Of a stretch of 64,000 nt of DNA, positions 54,623 to 64,000 are shown piece by piece. Position 1 is the first letter of the stretch. Each line of letters starts with the position of its first letter. The notes below the pieces were generated by a model, which saw nothing but the letters and a program-made list of their open reading frames with translations, made no database searches and was not told the origin of the DNA. Location: contig NC_042997.1 in the NCBI RefSeq assembly GCF_006345805.1, forward strand, positions 75,144,001 to 75,208,000, read 5' to 3'. The DNA comes from Octopus sinensis. Lineage: Eukaryota. A program made the position numbers and the translations under genes.

Positions 54623-55284
54623 CCTTCTATATAATAAATTATATATATATATATATATATCTCTTATTATAAAAGGCAGATTTTATCTGCCTCCCTTTGG
54701 GAGTTATAGAAATCTACAATATAGGATTTCTTCAATTACAATTTACCTAGCAATTTTAAGAGTACAATGCATCGCGTCATGCCAGGTCCAGTTTTTAAAA
54801 TTTAAACTCCAATTAAGCAAAATTTACAGAAAACTCACATTCTGGTGTGTGTGTCAAACGCTTTTCTTAGTCTGGTTTACACCACACGCAAACGCACACA
54901 CACACACAAAGGGAGCGAATTGTTTCACTGACGCTATCACCTTTCTCCTCCTTTGTCTTTGCAAGTTGGCAGCTATTAAAGTGAAAACAGTGAATCCGAC
55001 AGCGATTAAGAACACGAATTAGCACCTGAATGGAGTGAAAATTTAAAAACTGTTTCTTTCGGTGATTTTTCTGAAGAAACTGCACCAAGCCACAGACTTT
55101 CCCAGAAGAGTAAAGCCTTACACTATTTCTATTTACTTTTTCGAATGAGCCCATTTGAAATCATTACGGCAGAAACGAACTGTTACGCTAAACGTAAACA
55201 AAACGAAAGAAACGATAGTTTGTTATTTCCCCCACCCTTAAATGAAATTAAGGCCTATTTTACCATAAATATTATTATGGGTAT

Positions 55285-55655
55285 CAGAAAGTTACCCAGA
55301 ATAACAAATTCTATCGTAAAATTTTGTTGTATACCCAATTGAATATTAGCTAATAACCCATTTTCTATAGCGATGTTTGAACAAAATTTTAATAATTTTA
55401 CAGAAAGTTACCCAGAATAACAAATTCTATCGTAAAATTTTGTTGTATACCCAATTGAATATTAGCTAATAACCCATTTTCTATAGCGATGTTTGAACAA
55501 AATTTTAATAATTTTACAGAATGTTACCCAGAATAACAAATTCTATCGTAAAATTTTGTTGTATACCCAATTGAATATTAGCTAATAACCCATTTTCTAT
55601 AGCGATGTTTGAACAAAATTTTAATAATTTTACAGAAAGTTACCCAGAATAACAA
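55285..55655. repeat. 116-bp tandem repeat x3 within Helitron unit 1
   Basis: Unit starts at 55285, 55401, 55517, 55633 (partial). Confidence 0.93.
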
Positions 55656-56557
55656 ACGAGCCCTTCTGGGTATTAGCGCGCGTCTACGATGAGTCTACGA
55701 TTTAAAAAAAAATTACCATCATATTTTTTAATTTTAATGCATTTTTTTCGCTTTTATATAAGGGAAGTAACTCTCTAAAACTATCTACGATGTGTCAACG
55801 ATTTAAAGAAAAATTTACCTTAATTTTTTTTCAATTTTTAATGCATTTTTTTGCTACTTTTTGGCTATAACTCTCTAAAAATGCTTATATAGTTATTTCC
55901 CTTACAAACCCGAGCAACGCCGGGCGATACTGCTAGTCTTATTATAAAAGGCAGATTTTATCTGCCTCCCTTTGGGAGTTATAGAAATCTACAATATAGG
56001 ATTTCTTCAATTACAATTTACCTAGCAATTTTAAGAGTACAATGCATCGCGTCATGCCAGGTCCAGTTTTTAAAATTTAAACTCCAATTAAGCAAAATTT
56101 ACAGAAAACTCACATTCTGGTGTGTGTGTCAAACGCTTTTCTTAGTCTGGTTTACACCACACGCAAACGCACACACACACAAAGGGAGCGAATTGTTTCA
56201 CTGACGCTATCACCTTTCTCCTCCTTTGTCTTTGCAAGTTGGCAGCTATTAAAGTGAAAACAGTGAATCCGACAGCGATTAAGAACACGAATTAGCACCT
56301 GAATGGAGTGAAAATTTAAAAACTGTTTCTTTCGGTGATTTTTCTGAAGAAACTGCACCAAGCCACAGACTTTCCCAGAAGAGTAAAGCCTTACAATATT
56401 TCTATTTACTTTTTCGAATGAGCCTATTTGAAATCATTACGGCAGAAACGAACTGTTACGCTAAACGTAAACAAAACGAAAGAAAGGATAGTTTGTTATT
56501 TCCCACAACCTTAAATGAAATTAAGGCCTATTTTACCATAAATATTATTATGGGTAT

Positions 56558-57739
56558 CAGAAAGTTACCCAGAATAACAAATTCTATTGTAAAATTTTGT
56601 TGTATACCCAATTGAATATTAGCTAATAACCCATTTTCTATAGCGATGTTGAACAAAATTTTAATAATTTTACAGAAAGTTACCCAGAATAACAAATTCT
56701 ATCGTAAAATTTTGTTGTATACCCAATTGAATATTAGCTAATAACCCATTTTCTATAGCGATGTTTGAACAAAATTTTAATAATTTTACAGAAAGTTACC
56801 CAGAATAACAAATTCTATCGTAAAATTTTGTTGTATACCCAATTGAATATTAGCTAATAACCCATTTTCTATAGCGATGTTTGAACAAAATTTTAATAAT
56901 TTTACAGAAAGTTACCCAGAATAACAAATTCTATCGTAAAATTTTGTTGTATACCCAATTGAATATTAGCTAATAACCCATTTTCTATAGCGATGTTTGA
57001 ACAAAATTTTAATAATTTTACAGAAAGTTACCCAGAATAACAAATTCTATCGTAAAATTTTGTTGTATACCCAATTGAATATTAGCTAATAACCCATTTT
57101 CTATAGCGATGTTTGAACAAAATTTTAATAATTTTACAGAAAGTTACCCAGAATAACAAATTCTATCGTAAAATTTTGTTGTATACCCAATTGAATATTA
57201 GCTAATAACCCATTTTCTATAGCGATGTTTGAACAAAATTTTAATAATTTTACAGAAAGTTACCCAGAATACAAATTCTATCGTAAAATTTTGTTGTATA
57301 CCCAATTGAATATTAGCTAATAACCCATTTTCTATAGCGATGTTTGAACAAAATTTTAATAATTTTACAGAAAGTTACCCAGAATAACAAATTCTATCGT
57401 AAAATTTTGTTGCATACCCATTTGAATATTAGCTAATAACCCATTTTCTATAGCGATGTTTGAACAAAATTTTAATAATTTTACAGAAAGTTACCCAGAA
57501 TAACAAATTCTATCGTAAAATTTTGTTGCATACCCAATTGAATATTAGCTAATAACCCATTTTCTATAGCGATGTTTGAACAAAATTTTAATAATTTTAC
57601 AGAAAGTTACCCAGAATAACAAATTCTATCGTAAAATTTTGTTGCATACCCAATTGAATATTAGCTAATAACCCATTTTCTATAGCGATGTTTGAACAAA
57701 ATTTTAATAATTTTACAGAAAGTTACCCAGAATAACAAA
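56558..57739. repeat. 116-bp tandem repeat x10 within Helitron unit 2
   Basis: Same unit; 56558 to 57716 is 10 periods. Confidence 0.93.
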
Positions 57740-58489
57740 CGAGCCCTTCAGGGTATTAGCGCGCGTCTACGATGAGTCTACGATTTAAAAAAAAATTACG
57801 ATCATATTTTTCCATTTTAATGCATTTTTTTCGCTTTTATATAAGGGAAGTAACTCTCTAAAAATATCTACGATGTGTCAACGATTTAAAGAAAAATTTA
57901 CCTTAATTTTTTTTCAATTTTTAATGCATTTTTTTGCTATTTTTTGGCTATAACTCTCTAAAAATGCTTATATAGTTATTTCCCTTACAAACCCGAGCAA
58001 CGCCGGGCGATACTGCTAGTCTTATTATAAAAGGCAGATTTTTTCTGCCTCCCTTTGGGAGTTATACAAATCTACAATATAGGATTTCTTCAATTACAAT
58101 TTACCTAGCAATTTTAAGAGTACAATGCATCGCGTCATGCCAGCTCCAGTTTTTAAAATTTAAACTCCAATTAAGCAAAATTTACAGAAAACTCACATTC
58201 TGGTGTGTGTGTCAAATGCTTTTCTTAGTCTGGTTTACAGCACACGCAAACGCACACACACACTGTGTAACGAATAAAATGAAACTAGATGTAATATTTG
58301 TTACTGTCCATGAACGCTGATAGATACATGAGTAAAATGTATGGGAAGCTAACAAATAAGAGTGAGTGAAAATGTTCTTGGAAGAGAGTAAATTTGAAGC
58401 TTGAGAACAATCAGATACACATCTGTTGAAAATATTATTATTCACACACATACATATACATATATACATACAGACAGACAGACAGATAG

Positions 58490-58520
<31 letters not shown>

Positions 58521-58806
58521 ATCCAGCATGGCCACAACCTCAAGGCTGAAACATATAAAAGAATAACAGAATATAAATGTGTGCATGTGTGTGAGAGAGA
58601 GAGTGTGTGTGTATATGTATGTATGTATGTATATATATATAATAATGCGGTTTTTTCAACAGCTTGAACTAAAAGTCAGAGGGGAATGGGATAAACTACT
58701 TATATTAACTTGCTATAAAAGCAGGTAGTAATTTTATCTTGTCCTTATTCATAGTGCAAGTTTTGAAGAGTGCATTTCGATTTTAACAGCTATTTTTTTC
58801 AAAGCT

Positions 58807-59115
58807 ATGTTGGAAGTAACAAAGGAGCATATTTGGCATATTTTGCTTTATGAGTTCAATAAAGACAACAACGCAACGGAAAGTACAAGAAATATTAATG
58901 CAGTATATGGGGATTGGACAATAAGCGTAAGGCAGTGTCAATGGTGGTTCCAGAAATTCCGAGCCATAAACTACAGCCTAGAAGACGAGCCTCATCCTGA
59001 AAGATCTGTAGAACTCGACAAGGACATCCTGAAAACCCTGGTGGAACAAAATCTCATCGTAACTGTTGAGGAACTAGCAGAGAAGCTTGGATTTGGTCAT
59101 TCAACCATTCATTGA
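58807..59115 (+). pseudogene. Mariner (Mos1-like) transposase N-terminal HTH fragment
   Basis: HILLYEF..INAVYG..CQWWFQKFR..SLEDEP..TVEELAEKLG..STI. Confidence 0.85.
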
Positions 59116-60044
59116 GACCCGAGCAACGCCGGGCGATACTGCTAGTCTTATTATAAAAGGCAGATTTTATCTGCCTCCCTTTGTCAGTTATAGAAATCTA
59201 CAATATAGGATTTCTTCAATTACAATTTACTTAGCATTTTTAAGAGTAGAATGCATCGGGTTTTGCCAGGTCCACTTTTTAAAATTTAAACTCCAATTAA
59301 GCAAAATTTACAGAAAACTCACATTCTGGTGTGTATGTCAAATGCTTTTCTTAATGTGTTTTACACCACACGCACACGCACACACACAGTGTGCAAGGAA
59401 TAAAATGAAAGTAATTCACCTTTTGTAGTGAGTGACTCTTTCAGTCTGCCACTTCCTCTTTACACACATAGACACGCAAATATATAAATAAAATTGTAAG
59501 CTAACGTGCGTGTGTGTGTGTGTGTGTGAGGGTGCGCGTGTGTGTGTGTGTATGTGCGTGCGTGTGCGTGAGTGTGTGACAGGAAAGTATTTTAGGACGA
59601 ATATAAGACCTATATCGGCGATGTTTCGCTTGTCGTAGCACAGGTTTCCGTCGATTTCCGTAAAAAACTTATTTTTTTACATAAGTAATGAGAGCGAAAG
59701 AGACTAAGAGAAAGCGATTGTATGACGAGGGAAGTTCTTTTGAAGTTACCGTGCATGGGAAGCATTGATGGACATGTGTGTGTGTGTGTGTGTGTTAGAT
59801 GGGGTGTGGGAGACAGACAGTATGTTGTGTAAGTGAAGTGCTTCTGTTAGTATGTGTGAAGAGACAGAGTAATGTGTGAAAGAGAGAGATAACTGAAATT
59901 TTTTACTCGGTTTATGTGTATATGTATTTATGCATGTATGTGTGTGTGTGTGTGTATGTATGTATGGCCGATTCAGTGTTTACATTTTTTACGGAAATCG
60001 ACGGAAACGTGTGCTACGACAAGCAAAACATCGCCCCTATATCC

Positions 60045-60522
60045 AAGTAGCAGAAAGATCGCCCAAAAGTGTATATAGATATTTAAATGTATTTATATAT
60101 TCATCTATACACAGATGTATGTATAATGTGTGTGTATATATTTCCATACATGTAACCATTCACTCCGCACAAAGTTTTTTAGGACGAAAATAAGATCTAA
60201 AGTTATCTCTAAGTAGCACAGAGATCGCCCAAAAGTGTATATAGATATATAAATGTATTTATATATTCATCTATGCACACATGTATGTATAACGTGTGTG
60301 TATATATTTCCATAGAGGTAACCATTCACTCCATACAAAGTTTTTTAGCACGAAAATAAGATCTAAAGTTATCTCTAAGAAACAGAAAGATCGCCCAAAA
60401 GTGTATATAGATATTTAAATGTATTTATATATTCATCTATACACACATGTATGTATAATGTGCGTGTATATATTTCCATAGAGGTAACCATTCAATCCAT
60501 ACAAAGTTTTTTAGGACGAAAA
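60045..60522. repeat. ~167-bp tandem repeat x3
   Basis: agatcgcccaaaagtgtatatagata recurs three times. Confidence 0.85.
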
Positions 60523-60761
60523 TATTTATATATAAAAGAAAGGTTGTGTGTCTGTCCACTCCGATTTAGATTCCTAACTACTCCCACATTTTGCGATGCA
60601 GTTTAACCAAAACCGGGTATCTTATAGTCGTGATTCATATCGAGCCCTTCTAGGTATTAGCGCGCGTCTACGATGAGTCTATGATTTTACAAATAATTTA
60701 CCATCATTTTTTCCATTTTAATGCATATTTTTAAAAATAAACGGAAGTAACTCTCAAACTT

Positions 60762-61292
60762 CACACCAATATGCGTGCTCATATGCGACGTAATATCACA
60801 TCAGCAGCATTTCCTCACACCCTCCTTGCACTTGGCGAAGGCAAAATACCAGGGGATGAAAATGGTAATATTGCCATCGATTCCATTTGTACCATTGTTA
60901 AGACGCCTTCTGATCTCAGAGATGCAGTGTTCCCAGATCTACAAGCCAATTATCAGAATATGGATTGGATTGGCAAAAAGGCTATACTGGCCCCGAGGAA
61001 TAAAACTGTTCACCATATTAATGATGAAATGCTAAAACTCATTCCTGGGGAAGTCTATGTATATCAGTCTATCGATACCACTCCTGACCCAGAGGACGTC
61101 ATCAACTATCCAATAGAGGTACTCAATTCCTTTGAGCACCCCGGACTACCACCACACTTTCTCAAACTTAAAGTTGGTGCCCCTATAATGCTCATCAGAA
61201 ATTTGGTTCCCCCAAAACAATGCAATGGCACACGTTTGATCGTTAAGTCCTTATCTCCCACCGTAAGCTTATATCAATATTTGCCTGAATAA
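60762..61292 (+). pseudogene. Helitron PIF1-like helicase fragment
   Basis: AILAPRN..V..IN, YQSID, GLPPH.LKLKVGAPIMLIRNL..CNGTRLIV; lies just upstream of a Helitron 3' end. Confidence 0.9.
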
Positions 61293-61434
61293 TCATCATA
61301 ATTCAGTGCAATCATTAACAGTACTTTCAAGCAATTCAGCCCCGAGCAACGCCGGGCAATTCTGCTAGTACATATATATATATACATATATATATATATA
61401 CATACATATATGTATGTATGTATATATATATATA

Positions 61435-61841
61435 TACTCTTTTACTCTTTTACTTGTTTCAGTCATTTGACTGCGGCCATGCTGCAGCACCGCCTTTAAT
61501 CGAGCAACTCGACCCCGGGACTTATTCTTTTTGTAAGCCCAGTACTTATTCTATCGGTCTCTTTTGCCGAACCGCTAAGCAACGGGGACATAAACACACC
61601 AGCATCGGTTGTCAAGCAATGGTAGGGGGACAAATACAGACACACAAACACACACACACATATATATATATACATATATACGACGGGCTTCTTTCAGTTT
61701 CCGTCTACCAAATCCACTCACAAGGCATTGGTCAGCCCGGGGCTATAGCAGAAGACACTTGCCCAAGATGCCACGCAGTGTGACTGAACCCGGAACCATG
61801 TGGTTGGTTAGCAAGCTACTTACCACACAGCCACTCCTGCG

Positions 61842-61843
<2 letters not shown>
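61435..61843 (-). mobile_element. tRNA-derived SINE (same family as 4211-4624)
   Basis: Reverse-complement similarity over the full length. Confidence 0.88.
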
Positions 61844-61896
<53 letters not shown>

Positions 61897-61914
61897 TATA
61901 TACATGCATATATA

Positions 61915-61969
<55 letters not shown>

Positions 61970-62175
61970 GTATATATATGTTAATAAAATAGAACATATG
62001 CATATATATAAACATATATGTACGTACCTACCTCTACATGTACATATACACGCATATATGTGTACAGGACACCTATATATATACATATATGTATATATAT
62101 ATATATATATTTGTAAAAAATGAAGTTCGAAAATGCTGCTGTATTATACAATTTTTAATTTTTATATATATACAT

Positions 62176-62216
62176 TATAACATGTTTCAGTTCCTGAAAT
62201 GAACTTTATCAAAAAA
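62176..62216 (-). ncRNA. Degenerate hammerhead (TTGATAA core)
   Basis: TTGATAA-agttc(atttcag)gaact-GAAA-catg-TT; stem I poor. Confidence 0.4.
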
Positions 62217-62944
62217 AGTTATATATAAAAAAAGACAGCTCATGCCGTCAAACACAAGAAATTCATTTATAATACACAACGGAGTCAGACATCTTAGAGT
62301 TCATGTATAGTTGATATATAGTTCATGTATAGTTGATATATAGTTTGAAGTATATGTTCAAAGTGTTCGATGCAGTGGCCCACGGTGGCGATACGTATTC
62401 AATACAAAAAACAGATCAAAGTGGTGGAAAGCGGTCAATACAGAAGATTGATGTTTCCGAAAGAGCGAGGAATTCATTTTTACCTTAAGAAAATGTGATG
62501 ACCCATGGTGGATGTTCGCTGGGTGGTTCTAATGAGTTTTTGTGAAGTGTTCGGTTTTATAATGCCTGTTAGATGGTCAATTCAGCGTAGCGTGACGTCA
62601 TCAACGTTTTGACCAATCGTTTCGTTAGGTGGCTTTAGTCAAGTAGAACGGGACGTCATCATTATTTTGACCAATCGCTGCATTATAACTGCCTCTTGTT
62701 TGTTTCCTGTCCTGACCAGTCGCTTCGTTAGTCAAGCAGAACGGGACGTCATGCAGATTCTGCCCAATCACGACTTATAGCTACATTAGATCTGCCCCCT
62801 GTCTGTAATCAGAATCGGGTCTGACCCTTAGCTGTATCGTATGTATCAGGGTCAAATTTGCACGAAAGAATTTTTTTCCCTTTTTTACTTAGGTATATTT
62901 CCGTCAGAGTGAGTGTCTGTTTGAAGGATTTGCTAGAAGGATTT

Positions 62945-63741
62945 GCACCATAATATCAGACACAAACACCCGACACACACGTCTCCAGGAACTTAGAACC
63001 ACACTCACAAATAGAAACTATCCACAGCCCCTAATAGACAGTGCAATCCAACGGGTACTTAAATTAAGTATAGAAGACCTGAGACAAACAAAACCAAAAA
63101 AGAAAGAACAATTAAAAACCCTTCCCTACATTTCTACACACAACCCACTCAACAATGAGGCCTTCAACACCATACTACAAAGCACAGCCCTACTAAAGGG
63201 AGACCCAAAGATGAACCGGATCCTCGAAACACACACCATCATTAAAAGTAAACGGCAACCAAAATCCTTGAAAACGATTTTAAACCAAGCTACACTGCAC
63301 TCAACATCAACCACAAAACCAGCAGTTAGAAAATGTGGAAGGCCCAACTGCGGAATCTGTGTCATCTTGAAAGAAGGATCAGAATTTATACTGGAACAAG
63401 GCCACCAGTTCACCATTAGAACAAACTTCACCTGCGCATCAGAAAACTTAATTTACGTCATAACATGCGCAGGCTGCAATAGGCAGTATATAGGCCATAC
63501 AAAAAATAGCTTACGTAACAGGATGGCGGTGCATAAATCACAAATTAGAAACCCTGATTACCGCAAAATACCGGTCAGCGGACACATAGATAGATGTGCT
63601 GGAAATGTAAATCCGAAATTTACAACTAACCCGCTCTATAAATTCAGTGACAACGCAACCTTCACACAACGCCAAAATAAAGAACTATATTTCATAAAAA
63701 AATTTAGACCAAGTTTAAACACCCTGGGCCAGGAATACTAA
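62945..63741 (+). CDS. PLE polyprotein C-terminus: RT thumb, Cys linker, GIY-YIG endonuclease (5'-truncated)
   Basis: KCGRPNCGIC, LIYVITC..QYIGHT..LRNRMAVH, KELYFIKKFRPSLN. Confidence 0.88.
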
Positions 63742-64000
63742 AACAAAAGATAAGTCCTCCGAAAAGGAGAAGCAAAATTCCACCACGACCGCTACTTCAA
63801 ACAGACACTCACTCTGACGGAAATATACCTAAGTAAAAAATTCTTTCGTGCAAATTTGACCCTGATACATACGATACAGCTAAGGGTCAGACCCGATTCT
63901 GATTGGTCAACAAGTTGATGACGTCTAGCTCAGCTAGAATGGACAGGATACAAACAGGGGATCTTTTCAATTCTGAAGCCAGGACCACAGATCTTTCTAC

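Larger units (their letters stand above)
54662..61368 (+). mobile_element. Head-to-tail non-autonomous Helitron array (54662-55936, 55937-58019, 58020-59145, 59146-61368)
   Basis: Three junctions cccgagcaacgccgggcgatactgCTAG|TCttattataaaaggcag; final hairpin + CTAG at 61341-61368. Confidence 0.88.
62112..64000 (+). mobile_element. 5'-truncated Penelope-like element preceded by an inverted pLTR
   Basis: GIY-YIG ORF 63211-63741. ~62807-62926 is the reverse complement of ~63795-63904. Degenerate hammerhead on the minus strand of the inverted part. Confidence 0.85.

Noticed and set aside
55285-57739. CRISPR-like array
   Set aside because: Contiguous near-identical 116-bp units without unique spacers, no cas genes, eukaryotic context.
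60771-61292. Host PIF1 gene
   Set aside because: Partial, intronless, and enclosed by Helitron termini.

Overview
Eukaryotic, AT-rich and almost entirely transposon-derived DNA, with long (TA)n tracts and one 100-N gap. The repeat repertoire looks like octopus/cephalopod; this is an inference from repeat recognition, not a database result. The window holds five degenerate CR1-group LINE copies (one apparently full length, with a CCCH-finger ORF1), R4/Dong-type elements in (TAA)n, RTE, HERO-like and L1/Tx1 relics, Penelope-like elements (PLEs), tRNA-derived SINEs, non-autonomous Helitrons including a head-to-tail array, and one possible His-rich host exon. The main signal the ORF track misses is a set of type I hammerhead ribozyme folds (CUGANGA...GAAA...NUH). 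Read by eye, they occur in seven apparently unrelated PLE-type elements. Several of these are non-coding ~460-560 bp tandem units with a 5' inversion and a 3' end in (TA)n, i.e. retrozyme-like candidates for self-cleaving or circular RNAs. Boundaries are approximate, and all folds were made by eye.
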